A stretch of DNA of 64,000 nt from an uncultured Methylomirabilota bacterium (GTDB lineage Bacteria > Methylomirabilota > Methylomirabilia > Methylomirabilales > 2-02-FULL-66-22): assembly GCA_963845565.1 (NCBI GenBank), contig CAWJSJ010000001.1, forward strand, positions 640,001 to 704,000, read 5' to 3'. Positions 50,411 through 62,500 of the stretch are shown in pieces. The notes below the pieces were generated by a model. It had not been told where the DNA came from. It searched no databases and saw nothing but the letters and a program-made list of their open reading frames with translations. Every line of letters starts with the position of its first letter. Positions within the stretch are counted from its first letter, which is position 1. The position numbers and the translations under genes were made by a program.

Positions 50411-51535
50411 ATGAAGAGCAGGATCGTTTGGACGTTGGCAGCCGCGTGCGTATTGGTTGTCGCTTGCACCTCTCTGGGGTGGACTGGAGAGCCGATCTCC
50501 GTCGGGCTCAGCGCGCCGTTGACGGGGAACTACAGTGAGTACGGTACCAACTGGAAGAAGGCGATGGACATCGCCGTCGAGAAGATCAATGCCAAGGGCG
50601 GCATCAAGGGGCGCCCGCTCCAGATCGTGGCGGAGGACAGCAAGAGCGATCCCAAGGATTCCGCCCAGATCGCGCAGAAGTTCACTTCCGATCCGAAGAT
50701 CGTCGCGACTCTCGGGGATTTTACCAGCACCGCCTGCATGGCCGCTCAGCCGATCTACGATCGCGCCGGTCTGGTACAGCTCTCGCCGACGGCGTCGCAC
50801 CCCGAGTTCGCCCCCAAGAGCCAGTGGAGCTTCGGGATCATCGGGACCCAGGCGGAAGAAGGCGCCTTCATGGCGGACTACACGGTCAAGCGGGACGGCA
50901 AGAAGAAGGTCGCCGTGCTCTACATCAACAACGACTGGGGGATCGCCGCGCAGCAGCACTACATCAAGCGCGCCAAGGAGGATGGGGCGGAGATCGTGGC
51001 TGTCGAGAACTACTTCGACCGGGATAAGGACTTCACCGGGGTCCTGACCAAGCTGCGCGGCTCGAAGCCGGATGCGCTTTACATCGCGACCATGTACAAC
51101 GACGGGGCGCTGATGAGCAAGCAGCGGGAGAAGCTGGGTTGGGCCGACGTTGCCGTGTTCGGCCCCGGCTCCCTGTACTCGCCGAAGCTACTGGAGCTGG
51201 GTGGCAGCTCGGTGGAGGGGCTGCGCACCAGCTCCATCTTCATGATCACCGATCCTCGCCCCGAGGTGCAGGAGTTCATCAAGGCCTTCAAGGCGCGGAA
51301 CAACGGGGTGGATCCGAACATGTTCGCCGCCATCGCGTACGATGCGATCACCATCATGGCTAACACCATCGAGAAGGCGGGGACGGATCGCAAGGCGATC
51401 CGCGATGAGTTGGCAAAGATGCAGAACTTCGTCGGCATGACCGGGAAGTTCGGATTCACGGAGCGCCGCGACGTCAAGCGCGACTATCATTATCTGGTCG
51501 TCAAGAACGGCGCCTGGGCTCTCCTCGACAGATAG
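50411..51535 (+). CDS. Branched-chain amino acid-type ABC substrate-binding protein (LivK/J family)
   Basis: Signal peptide, APLTG, INAKGGIKGRP..EDSKSDP, NNDWG, YDA. Confidence 0.92.
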   Translation: MKSRIVWTLAAACVLVVACTSLGWTGEPISVGLSAPLTGNYSEYGTNWKKAMDIAVEKINAKGGIKGRPLQIVAEDSKSDPKDSAQIAQKFTSDPKIVATLGDFTSTACMAAQPIYDRAGLVQLSPTASHPEFAPKSQWSFGIIGTQAEEGAFMADYTVKRDGKKKVAVLYINNDWGIAAQQHYIKRAKEDGAEIVAVENYFDRDKDFTGVLTKLRGSKPDALYIATMYNDGALMSKQREKLGWADVAVFGPGSLYSPKLLELGGSSVEGLRTSSIFMITDPRPEVQEFIKAFKARNNGVDPNMFAAIAYDAITIMANTIEKAGTDRKAIRDELAKMQNFVGMTGKFGFTERRDVKRDYHYLVVKNGAWALLDR

Positions 51536-51556
51536 GGACCGGAGTTCGGTGGTCGG

Positions 51557-51585
51557 CACGGCGGGAGGGGGTTCCTCCCGCCGTG
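51557..51585 (+). other. Intercistronic hairpin after the SBP gene
   Basis: cacggcgggagg-gggtt-cctcccgccgtg, 12 bp stem, no U tract. Confidence 0.6.
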
Positions 51586-51616
51586 ACACGTTCGGAATCA
51601 CGGAATAGGGAAACCC

Positions 51617-52483
51617 ATGCTGCTGCAACAGATCGTGAACGGTCTCACGCAGGGGAGCCTGTACGCCCTGGTGGCCATCGGCTTCGTCATCGTCTTCGGC
51701 ACGATGAATCTCGTCACCTTCGCCCACGGCGAGGTCTACATGCTCGGCGCCTTCGTGGGCTACTTCGTCATGTCGGTGTGGGGACTTCCCTGGCCGCTGG
51801 CTCTCGCCCTGGCGATGGCCGCGGGCTGGATACTCGGCGTGCTCACCGAGAAGCTGGCCTTCCGTCCCATGCGCACCGTCGGGCACATGCCCCCGCTGCT
51901 CATCACGATCGGGCTCTCGATCATCATGAAGGAGGCCGTGATGGTGACCCTGGGGGCCGAGAATCGGCCGGTCCCCTCCATCTATGAGCAGACGGTCCAG
52001 CTGGGAGGGGCACAGATCTCGCTGCTCCAGATCGTCATTCTGGGCATCGTCGTCCTGCTCATCGTCGGACTCCAACTCTTCATCCAGGGGACCAAGATCG
52101 GGCGCGCGATGCGCGCCACGGCGCAGGACTACGAGGCGGCGTGCGCCATGGGGGTCAACGCCGACCGGGTCTTCAACATCGCCTTCGCCTTGGCCTCGCT
52201 CCTGGGTGGCGCAGGCGGAGTCCTGGTCGGGATCTACTACAACGCCGTCTCCGCCACCATGGGGGGGATGGCCGGCTTGAAAGGTTTCGCCGCCTGCATC
52301 TTCGGCGGCCTGACGAGCATCCCCGGGGCCATCCTGGGCGCGCTGATCATCGGCGTCACCGAGAACCTGACGGTGCAGTACCTGGCGTCCGGGTATCGAG
52401 ACATCATCGGCTTTCTGGTGATGGTGGTGGTCCTGATCGTCCGCCCACAGGGGCTCTTGGGCAGCAAGATGCGAGTCGTGTAA
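51617..52483 (+). CDS. livH: LIV-type ABC permease
   Basis: QQIVNGL..GSLYALVA.G, FAHGE, GRAMRA, RPQGLLG. Confidence 0.9.
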   Translation: MLLQQIVNGLTQGSLYALVAIGFVIVFGTMNLVTFAHGEVYMLGAFVGYFVMSVWGLPWPLALALAMAAGWILGVLTEKLAFRPMRTVGHMPPLLITIGLSIIMKEAVMVTLGAENRPVPSIYEQTVQLGGAQISLLQIVILGIVVLLIVGLQLFIQGTKIGRAMRATAQDYEAACAMGVNADRVFNIAFALASLLGGAGGVLVGIYYNAVSATMGGMAGLKGFAACIFGGLTSIPGAILGALIIGVTENLTVQYLASGYRDIIGFLVMVVVLIVRPQGLLGSKMRVV

Positions 52484-52609
52484 CAGGTTGCTGAAAAAGG
52501 CCCACCTGCAGCGTTGTCGCGCTCGCGCGCCGCTGCGGCGTACGTGTCAAGTACGCCTCGCGTCTCGCATCACGCTCCGCCTTGCATGTCGACCTTTTTG
52601 AGCAACCTG
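52484..52609 (+). repeat. Dispersed palindromic repeat, copy 3 of 3
   Basis: caggttgctgaaaaaggcccacctgcagcgttg...cgccttgcatgtcgacctttttgagcaacctg, immediately after the livH TAA. Confidence 0.85.
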
Positions 52610-52661
52610 AGCAATTACAAGTTTTTGGCATCCTTCTAAGAAGTGCGAAAGTGATCTAACG

Positions 52662-53660
52662 ATGCCTCTGTATACCTTCACGCCACAGCGGAACAATCTG
52701 TGGATCTGGCTCCCCGTCCTGGGAGCGCTGCTGCTCTTTCCCATGTTCGTCAAGAGCGAGTACATCCTCAACGTGGCGGTCCTGGCCGGAATCTACGTGA
52801 TCCTGACCATGGGACTGAACATCACCAACGGCTGGACGGGGCTGATGTCCTTCGGCTATGCCGCCTTCTACGGGATCGGAGCCTATACGGCAGCCATCCT
52901 GGCGACGCGATACGGGATGCCCTTCTGGCTCACCTTCGCGGCGGGCGGGCTGGTGGCCGGTCTGTTCGGTGTGGCCATCGCCCTGCCCACCCTCCGCCTG
53001 AAGGGGATCTTTCTGGCCCTCATCACCATCGGTTTCCAGGAAATCGTGTTCCTGGTGACGCTCAACTGGACAAGCCTCACCCGCGGCCCCATGGGGATCC
53101 CCGGAATCCCGCCGCCGACCATTGCCGGATACAGCTTTAACAGCAACCGGGACTTCTTCTATTTGATCCTGGCACTCAATGTGGTGATGGTGTTCGTGGT
53201 GTCGCGGCTCATGGCGTCGCGGGTGGGACGCGCGTTCATTGCGATCCGGGAGGACGAGGTAGCCGCCCAATCCGTCGGGATCCCGCTCTTTCCCACCAAG
53301 GTTCTCTCCTTCGTCGTCTCGACGGTCATGGCGGGAGTGGCGGGCGCCTTTTTTGCGCACCACGCGCGTTTTGTCAGCGCGGATTCGTTTCGGCTGGACG
53401 AGACCTTCGTTGTTCTGACGATGCTCATCGTCGGGGGGATGGGGACGCTCATCGGGCCGATCATCGGCGCCGTGTTCCTGGTCATCTTCCCGGAGGCCGC
53501 GCGTTTTCTGTCGCACTACCGGGAAATCGTGTACGGGTCCATCCTGATCCTCGTGATTCTCTTCCGACCGGAGGGCATCGCGGGGATTCCCGGAATCATC
53601 CATTCCCCGATCAAGAAGAAGGCCGCCTTGGCGACATCCCAGGGAGGGGCGGCGCGATGA
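52662..53660 (+). CDS. livM: LIV-type ABC permease
   Basis: GLN...G.TG..SFG.AAFYGIGAY, LRLKG, AIREDE.AA, VGGMG, RPEG. Confidence 0.9.
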   Translation: MPLYTFTPQRNNLWIWLPVLGALLLFPMFVKSEYILNVAVLAGIYVILTMGLNITNGWTGLMSFGYAAFYGIGAYTAAILATRYGMPFWLTFAAGGLVAGLFGVAIALPTLRLKGIFLALITIGFQEIVFLVTLNWTSLTRGPMGIPGIPPPTIAGYSFNSNRDFFYLILALNVVMVFVVSRLMASRVGRAFIAIREDEVAAQSVGIPLFPTKVLSFVVSTVMAGVAGAFFAHHARFVSADSFRLDETFVVLTMLIVGGMGTLIGPIIGAVFLVIFPEAARFLSHYREIVYGSILILVILFRPEGIAGIPGIIHSPIKKKAALATSQGGAAR

Positions 53661-54428
53661 GCAATATCCTCGAGGTGCGCTCGCTCAGCATGAATTTCGG
53701 GGGTCTGGCAGCGCTCAAACAAGTCGATTTCGGCGTGGCGGAGGGTACGGTCGTCGGGCTGATCGGGCCCAACGGGGCCGGCAAGACGACCATGTTCAAC
53801 TGCCTGAGCGGTTTCCTCACGCCGACACACGGCGACGTGCTCTTCCGAGGAACCTCCGTCATGCGCCTCGCTCCTCACCAGATCACGGCGCTCGGAATGA
53901 CTCGGACGTTCCAAACGAGTCGAGTCTTCAAGCGCATGACCGTGATGGACCACATGATGGTGGGCGCACATCTTCATCAGCAGGCCGGCTTCTGGGCCGG
54001 TGTGTTCCGGCCCGGCTGGGTCGGCCGCGAGGAGGCAGACGCCCGGGCGCACGGCCTGAAGACCCTGGAACTCTTCGGAGAAGACCTCCTGCCGTGTCTG
54101 GACGATTACGCCGACACCCTGTCGTACGCCAACAAGCGGCGCCTGGAGATCGCCCGCGCGCTGGCGGCGGAGCCCAAACTGCTCTTGCTCGACGAGCCGA
54201 CGGCGGGTATGAACCCGCACGAGAGCGCGGCCGTGGTGCAGCTCATGCGGACGATCCAGCAGGCCGGCGTGACGGTGCTCCTCATCGAACACGATATGAA
54301 GGTGATCATGGGTGTGTCGGATCGCATCGTGGTCCTCGACCACGGGGAGAAGATCGCGGAAGGCTTGCCGGAGGCGATCCGACGGAACGAGGCGGTGATC
54401 CAGGCCTATATGGGGAGGCGGCACGCCA

Positions 54429-54436
<8 letters not shown>
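53657..54436 (+). CDS. livG: LIV-type ABC ATP-binding protein
   Basis: FGGL.A, GPNGAGKTT, RTFQ, LLDEPTAGMN, IEHDM, VIQAYMG. Confidence 0.92.
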
Positions 54437-55133
<697 letters not shown>

Positions 55134-55171
55134 GCGGGCATCTTGACTCGAGCGGCAAGGGAGACGCACCG

Positions 55172-56095
55172 ATGAACAAAATCGATCGCCTTCGCGCAAC
55201 GCTTGCCGGGCAACCGGTTGACTATCCGCCCATGACCATCTGGTATCACTTCGGTAATCAACACTCCTCAGCCGAGGTCACCGCGCAGGTGCATCTGGAG
55301 TTCTTCGCCCATTACGATCTCGACCTGCTGAAACTCATGAACGACTACGACTATCCCAACCCGCCGGGCTGCGAGGTGCTGGCCACCGCGGCGGATCTGA
55401 GGCGGTTGGAGCGTTTCGAGGTGATGAAGAGCCCGTTCGGTTTGCAGTTGCACGCCGTCGAACGGGTGGCGAAGGCGCTCAGGGGCAAGGCGCTCTTCGT
55501 GGACACGATGTTCAATGCCTGGAACACGCTGCGCCGGAACCTCACCAAGGAAGCCACCGAACCGCTGATGAGCCGGCATCCGGAAGCGGTGGAGCAGGCG
55601 CTGGGGGTGATCAACGAGAACTTGATCGCGTATGCGCTGGCCACGCTGGAGCGTGGCGCCGCCGGAATCTTCCTGTCGGTCCCCGCCAGCGAGGAGTTCG
55701 TCACCCGCGAGCAGTACGAGCGGTTCATGCGTCCCTTCGACCTCGCGCTGCTGAATGCGGTGCGCGGAAAGGGGGAGTGTCACATCCTGCACGCGCACGG
55801 TGCGAAGCTCTATCTGGATCGACTGCTCGACTACCCCGCGCACGTCCTGTCGTGGGCGGACCTGAACGGCGGTCCCAGCATCACCGAGGCGCGTCGGCGG
55901 ACCTCCCTGACGCTGATGGGCGGCATCGACCACGTGAAATTCCCGTACTCGTCGGCGACGCTCCTCCGGGAGCAAGTGGCGGCCGCGAGGGCGCAGGCGG
56001 GCGGGACGAAGTTCATCCTGGCCCCAGGCTGCTCCGTCGCCACCTACAGCTTCCCGCCCCTGATCCAGGCGGTGCGGGACGCCGCGCGGCGGTGA
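55172..56095 (+). CDS. Uroporphyrinogen decarboxylase-fold (URO-D/CIMS-like) protein of unknown function
   Basis: RLRATLAGQPVDYPP..WYHF, ILHAHG, LMGGID, FILAPGC. Lacks the HemE W.MRQAGR motif. Confidence 0.8.
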   Translation: MNKIDRLRATLAGQPVDYPPMTIWYHFGNQHSSAEVTAQVHLEFFAHYDLDLLKLMNDYDYPNPPGCEVLATAADLRRLERFEVMKSPFGLQLHAVERVAKALRGKALFVDTMFNAWNTLRRNLTKEATEPLMSRHPEAVEQALGVINENLIAYALATLERGAAGIFLSVPASEEFVTREQYERFMRPFDLALLNAVRGKGECHILHAHGAKLYLDRLLDYPAHVLSWADLNGGPSITEARRRTSLTLMGGIDHVKFPYSSATLLREQVAAARAQAGGTKFILAPGCSVATYSFPPLIQAVRDAARR

Positions 56096-57670
56096 CTCGG
56101 TCGGGCCCGTTCCTGGTCGCGCTGGACATCGGAACGGGATCGGTTCGCGCCCACTTGCTGGACGTCCGCGGGGTGCGGGTCGCGTCGGCGTCGCGTCCCG
56201 TTCGCCTGGATCTAGGCGCGGACGGACGTGCCGAGGTCGATCTCGAGCAGATCTGGGGGCATGTCTGCGCCGTCCTCCCGGAGATCCTCGCCAACATCGC
56301 GCCCGGGCGCCTCCTCGCGCTGGGCGTGGCCAGCGCGCTGGGATATGTCCTCCTCGATGAACAAGGACGGCCTTTAGGGGGATCCATTCTCTGGATGGAT
56401 CGCCGTGCCGGTGTCGAAGCGGTCCAACTTGCCTCACTCCTGAACGAGGAGCGGCTCTACCGCATCACCGGCCGGAATCTGGATCCCGAGATCTTCCTGG
56501 CCAAGCTCCTCTGGATACGCCGCCACGAGCCCGAACGGTACGCCCGCACGCGCTGTTTCGTCGGGACCAAAGACGACGTCATCCGTCGGCTGACGGGTGC
56601 GATCGCCTCCGACCCGACGCACGCCTCGTACAGCATGCTGTACGATGTGGTCCGACGAGCGTGGAGCGACGAGATCCTCTCCGCCACCGACGTCTCGCGG
56701 TCCCTCCTGCCGCCCTTGCGGCGAGCCGCCGAGGTGGCAGGACGCGTCACGCGGGAGGCGGCGTCCTGCACCGGATTGCCTGAGGGGCTTCCGGTCGTGA
56801 CGGGCGCATCCGACGGAACGGTCGGGTGCCTGGCGGCCGGTATCGCGACACCAGGAACGGCGGTCAACGTCACCGGGACCAGCGATGTTCTGATGACCAG
56901 CACGACCCATCCGATCCTGGATCCGGAACGGCGAACGCTGCTGAACCCCCATCCGGTGGCCGACGGCTGGATGGTGGGTGGGATCATGGGCACGACCGGT
57001 GGCGCGCTGAAGTGGTTCGCGGAGACCTGCTGTCGCGATCTGCCAGCAATCGATCGGTATCGCATCCTGGACGCGGAGGCGGCCAACGTCGGCGTCGGTG
57101 CCCGGGGCGTCATCTGCCTTACCGGATTGACCGGTGAGCGTGCACCCCTCTGGAATCCGGCTGGCGCGGGGCGTGCTTTTCGGCCTGGACCTGGGCCACG
57201 GGCGAGCGGAGATCGTTCGGGCGATTCTCGAAGGCGTTGCGCTGGGTGTTCGGTCGGTGGCGGAGGTTCTCCGGGAGAGCGGGGCGGACATCCGAAGGAT
57301 CCGGGTGGTGGGCGGCGGAGCCGCCAGCGCGCTCTGGAACCAGATCCGGGCGGATGCCATCGGGGTCCCCGTGGAGCGGCCGTCACTGACTGAAGGGACG
57401 GCCACGGGAATCGCGGTGCTGGCCGGACTCGGCGTCGGGGTATATTTGGACCTTGCCGAGGCGGCGCGCACCATCGCGCCGGTCGATGCGGTGTACGTCC
57501 CCGACCCGGTCCGCCATCAGGCGTATGACGCACTGGCGACCGTCCGCCAGGCCGTGTACGCGGGCGCGTGCGAGCCCTTCAGCGCGTTGAATCGGTGGCG
57601 GGTGGGCACCGAAACGCCTCCAGCGCCAGGCCGGAGTGGTGACGTGGACACTGCGAGGGGAGTGCGGTGA
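56092..57670 (+). CDS. FGGY-family carbohydrate kinase, apparent +1 frameshift near 57160
   Basis: LDIGTGSVRA, ILWMDRRA, KLLW, GASDG, GTS, GERAPLWN in ORF 55777. RAILEGVA, GGGA..LWNQI.AD in ORF 57134. Confidence 0.88.
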
Positions 57671-58185
57671 ACATCTACCTGTGCGGCATGATCGGTTCCG
57701 GCAAGAGCGCCATCGGCGAGCGTCTCGCGGCGGATCTCGGCTGGACCTTCTACGATCTCGACCGCGAGATGGATCACGAGTTGGGGCGCAGCTTTCACGA
57801 ACTTGTGCGCGAGCAGGGCTGGCTGGCCTTCCGCGAGCTCGAGTACGCCATCTGTTCCCGGTTTGCACGAAAGCATCGCAGCGTGGTGGCCCTCGGCGGG
57901 GGAACGGTCCGATACGCGTGGAATCGAGATATTCTGCGGGGGACGGGCACGATGGTCCTGCTGGAAGCGGACCTCGCCGTCCTGGCGGAGCGGGTGCGCC
58001 GGGCCGATCGGCCGCGGGTGAACCCGGGGGTGTCCCTGGAGGAAGATCTGCAGCGGATCTGGTCGGCGACTTCCCACCTCTATCGCGACGCCGCCGACCT
58101 GGTGTACCGGACGGATGCGGGCGGCAGCGTCGAGGAGGAAGTGGAAGAGATCCTGTCGCTCCTCAAGGCCCGGGGGGTCGGTTGA
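57667..58185 (+). CDS. Shikimate kinase family protein
   Basis: NIYLCGMIGSGKS, DLD, FRELE, LGGG, RP. Confidence 0.85.
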   Translation: MNIYLCGMIGSGKSAIGERLAADLGWTFYDLDREMDHELGRSFHELVREQGWLAFRELEYAICSRFARKHRSVVALGGGTVRYAWNRDILRGTGTMVLLEADLAVLAERVRRADRPRVNPGVSLEEDLQRIWSATSHLYRDAADLVYRTDAGGSVEEEVEEILSLLKARGVG

Positions 58186-58302
58186 CGGGCGAAGCTCCCG
58201 GCCGGCAGTGCACCCTGAAACCTGGCCTCCCTCCAAGAGGTGACCGCTAGCCGCTCCCCGAACCGCCGACGCGCGAGGTGGAGTCGCGCTCGGAGATCGA
58301 GA

Positions 58303-59241
58303 TCATTCCGCCCCCGGAGGCGCCGGGACCCGGCGCGTCGCCGCAGGCGCGTGGTCCGGGCCACCGGATTGGCGGAGCAGCTCCAGGAAGCGGGCCGTGG
58401 TCGGCGCCAAGGTCTTGCCGCGACGATAGATGATGCCGAGCGGGCGTACCAGCTCCGTCATGGCGAGCGGGATCGCCGCCAGCGTACGATTCCCTACCTC
58501 CTTCATGATCGTGGGCTGCGGCAGGATGCTCACCCCGGCGCCCACGGCGATGGCCTGTTTGATGGTCTCGGTGTTGTCGAATTCCATCACCACCTTCGGC
58601 CGAGCCTGGTGCTGACGCAGGCACCGGTCGATCGCCTTCCGGATTCGCAGGTCGGTATCGAACGCGACGAAATTCTCCTCATTCAGGTCGGCGGGGGCCA
58701 CCACCCGGCGTCGGGCAAGCCGGTGCGAGGGGTGGCAGACGAAGACCATCGTCTCGGAACGCCAGGCCAGGAGGGTCAGCGAGCGGTTGGCGGGGGCATA
58801 GGCGAGAATGCCCAGGTCCGCCTCGTCGTTGAGGACGGCCTCGACCACCTTGTCCGGGTGCAGGTACTGGAGGCGGATGCGTGATTGGGGGTACAGGGAC
58901 ATGAAACGCCGGGTATGTTCGCTCATGATGTGGATGCCGACCGAGTAGATGGCCGCCACCCGCACACTTCCCGCCACCTGGGTCCTCGCAGAGGCCACCG
59001 ATGCGCGGAGCGCCTCGAAGTCGTCCAGGAGGGAGCGGCCCCCCTCGTAGAAGCGTTGACCTTCCGGGGTGAGCATGAACGGACGCTTGCTGCGATCGAT
59101 CAGGCGAACCTCCAGATCCGATTCGAGCTGCTGGATGGCCTGACTGGCGGCGGACTGGGACAGTTGGTTGAGCGCCGCGCCTTCGGAGAAGCTCCGCAGC
59201 CGTGCGATGTCGCAGTAGAGTTTTAGGGTGTCGAGGTTCAT
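58303..59241 (-). CDS. LysR-family transcriptional regulator (GltC-like position)
   Basis: MNLDTLKLYCDIA..SFS..A....SQSAASQAI..LE, LTPEG, EFDNTETIK. Divergent from gltB. Confidence 0.93.
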   Translation of the reverse strand: MNLDTLKLYCDIARLRSFSEGAALNQLSQSAASQAIQQLESDLEVRLIDRSKRPFMLTPEGQRFYEGGRSLLDDFEALRASVASARTQVAGSVRVAAIYSVGIHIMSEHTRRFMSLYPQSRIRLQYLHPDKVVEAVLNDEADLGILAYAPANRSLTLLAWRSETMVFVCHPSHRLARRRVVAPADLNEENFVAFDTDLRIRKAIDRCLRQHQARPKVVMEFDNTETIKQAIAVGAGVSILPQPTIMKEVGNRTLAAIPLAMTELVRPLGIIYRRGKTLAPTTARFLELLRQSGGPDHAPAATRRVPAPPGAE

Positions 59242-59340
59242 GGGGTCGAGCCCTCTGAACGGGAGGCGCGCGGGGAGCGAATCCGCGCGGTGCCTCCGGT
59301 TTCCGGGCGAGGCCGCTGTCAAACGGTGACACGATACTAT

Positions 59341-59355
59341 ATAAGTAATTCTAAT
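59341..59355. promoter_or_regulatory. Candidate LysR box (T-N11-A) in an AT-rich divergent promoter region
   Basis: ataag-taatt-ctaat. Candidate gltB promoter ttgacg-17-gacact at 59389-59417. Confidence 0.55.
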
Positions 59356-59523
59356 GTAAAGTATATTTCCTGTTTCGTGTAACTTATCTTGACGCCTCCG
59401 GCCACATTTGCGACACTCCCCCCAGGTCGGCGAAGGCGAGGTGCCCATGGACGGATGCAGCAAACGAGACGCTGCCGTTCGTGAGGTGGGTGGGCTCCTG
59501 AACGAAAGGTAAGGGTAGCAAGG

Positions 59524-62500
59524 ATGGCGCATCCGGATCTTCCCAGGCAGCAAGGACTCTACGATCCCGACTATGAACATGATAGCTGCGGGGTCGGTTT
59601 CGTGGTGGATATCGCGGGCCGCAAATCCCACCGGATCGTCGAGCAAGCGCTCACGATCCTCAAGAATCTGTTGCATCGCGGCGCTTGCGGGTGCGAGGCG
59701 AACACCGGCGACGGCGCCGGGATCCTGCTCCAGATCCCCGATGCCTTTTTCCGTCGCGAGTGCGCGCGACTGGGGATCGCACTCCCACGGCCGAAGGAAT
59801 ATGGGGTCGGTATGGTCAGCCTGCCGACGGACGCCAACGACCGGGTAGCGTGCCAGGCCCTGTTCGACCGCATCGTACGAGACGAGGGGCAGATCCCACT
59901 CGGCTGGCGGGATGTCCGCACCGACCGCGGGCCCATCGGCGACACGGCGCGCCGAAACGAGCCGGTCTTCCGCCAGATCTTCATCGGCCGGGGCGGTTCG
60001 CTCCGCGACGCGGCGCAATTCGAGCGCACCCTGTACCTGATCCGGAAGCGGATGGAAAACGGGATCCTGACGAGCGGCCTCGAGCAGAAGAACTACTTCT
60101 ACGTTGGGAGCCTTTCCTGCAACACGATCGTCTACAAGGGGATGCTCTCGGCCGATCAGATCGAGGCATATTTCCCGGACATCACCGACCCCACCGTGGA
60201 GAGCGCCCTGGCGCTCGTCCACCAGCGCTTCAGCACCAACACCTTTCCGACCTGGTCTCTTGCGCACCCCTTCCGGTATCTGGCCCATAACGGGGAGATC
60301 AATACGTTGCGCGGGAACATCAACTGGATGCGCGCGCGCGAGCGGCTGTTCGAATCGGACCTCTTCGGGGACCGGATCCGCGACCTGCTGCCTGTCATCC
60401 GCGAGGGCGGCAGCGATTCGGCGATGCTGGATAACGCGCTGGAGATGCTGGTCATGTGCGGCCGCTCGCTCCCGCACGCGGTGATGATGCTCATCCCCGA
60501 AGCGTGGAACAAGCACGAGAGCATGAGCGCGGAAAAGAAGGCGTTCTACGAGTACCATTCCTGCCTGATGGAGCCGTGGGACGGCCCCGCCTCCATCTCC
60601 TTCACGGACGGGACCGTGATCGGGGCGGTCCTGGACCGGAACGGGCTGCGGCCATCGCGCTACTACGTGACCCGGGATAATCTGCTGATCCTCGCATCCG
60701 AGGTCGGGGTGCTCGATATTCCCCCCGAGGACATCGTGCTCAAGGAGCGGCTCCACCCCGGCCGCATGCTCTTGGTGGACACCGCCCAGGGCCGGATCAT
60801 CGACGACGCGGAGCTGAAACGGACCATCGCGTCGGAACAGCCCTATGGGGAATGGCTGCGGCAGCACGCGGCGCACATCAACGACCTGCCGGCCGCCCCG
60901 GTCCACGCGCCGGACCATCAGACGGTGCTGCAGCGCCAGCAGGCCTTCGGGTACACCCATGAGGATCTGCGGATCATCATGGCGCCCATGGCGACGCGCG
61001 GCGAAGAGCCGATCGGATCCATGGGGAACGATACCTCCCTGGCGGTCCTCTCGGATCGGCCCCGGATGCTTTACGACTACTTCAAGCAACTCTTCGCGCA
61101 AGTGACGAACCCGCCGCTGGACGCCATCCGTGAGGAACTGGTGACCTCGATCGAGAGCACTGTCGGCCCCGAACGAAATCTGCTCAGACCGGAGCCCGAG
61201 AGTTGCCGGCAAATCACCATCCCGTCCCCCATTCTGAGCAACGAAGAGACCGCGAAGCTGCGCCACATCACGAGCCACGGGTTTCGATCGCTCACGCTGC
61301 CCATGCTCTTTCCGGCGGCCGAGGGGAAACGGGGCCTGGTGCGGGCGCTGGAGGCGTTGTGCCAGAAGGTGAGCCAAGCGATCGAGCGCGGCTACAGCAT
61401 CGTGGTCCTCTCTGATCGTGGCGTCGATCTCGAACACGCCCCGATCCCCGCGCTGCTGGCGACGGCAGGGGTCCATCACTACCTGATCCGCAAGGGGATG
61501 CGGACCACGGTGGGGCTGGTCATCGAGACCGGCGAGGCGCGCGAGGTGCACCACTGCGCGCTCCTGATGGGATACGGCGCCGGTGCCATCAACCCCTACC
61601 TCGCCTTCGAGACCCTGGATGACATGCTCGCGCAGGGCGGATTGCCCGACGACCTGACCCACGAGAAGGCGGTGAAGAACTACGTCAAGGGCCTCAACAA
61701 AGGGCTCCTCAAGGTCATGTCGAAGATGGGAATCTCGACCATCCAGAGCTATTGTGGCGCGCAGATCTTCGAAGCGGTGGGCCTCAACGAGGAATTCGTC
61801 AACGAGTACTTTACCTGGACGGCGTCCCGGGTTGGCGGCGTCGGACTCGAGGTCATCGCCGAAGAGGTCCTCCGGCGCCACCGGCGGGCGTTCCCGGATC
61901 GGCTGATCCGCAAACCCGACCTGGAGTGGGGCGGGGAATACCAGTGGCGGCAGGACGGGGAGAATCACCTCTTCAACCCCGACACGGTGTTCAAGCTGCA
62001 GCACGCCTGCCGATCCGGCCAATACGGGGTCTTCAAGGAGTACAGTCAACTGGTGAACGATCAGAGCCGCCGGCTCTACACGCTGCGCGGGCTGCTGGAG
62101 TTTGCGCCGGCCGCGACCCCGATCCCGCTCGAAGAGGTCGAGCCCGTCGAGAGCATCGTCAAGCGTTTCGCGACCGGCGCGATGTCCTACGGATCCATCA
62201 GCCAGGAGGCGCACGAGACGCTGGCCATCGCGATGAACCGGCTAGGCGGCCGGAGCAATACGGGCGAAGGCGGGGAGGATTCCGCGCGCTTTGTCCGTGA
62301 TCCGAACGGAGACTGGCGGCGGAGCGCCGTGAAACAGGTGGCGTCAGGCCGCTTCGGTGTCACCAGCGAGTATCTGGTCAACGCCGAGGAACTTCAGATC
62401 AAGATGGCGCAGGGGGCGAAACCTGGCGAGGGCGGGCAACTCCCCGGCCACAAGGTCTATCCGTGGATCGCCAAGGTGCGGCATTCCATGCCGGGGGTCC

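Noticed and set aside
55172..56095. Calling this gene hemE
   Set aside because: Lacks the MRQAGR substrate-binding motif and heme-pathway context.
59447..59512. 21-codon uORF before gltB
   Set aside because: No enrichment of regulatory codons and no attenuator structure.
59242..62214. Apparent ~990 aa N-terminal extension of the LysR ORF
   Set aside because: Antisense to gltB. LysR homology begins at MNLDTL (59241).
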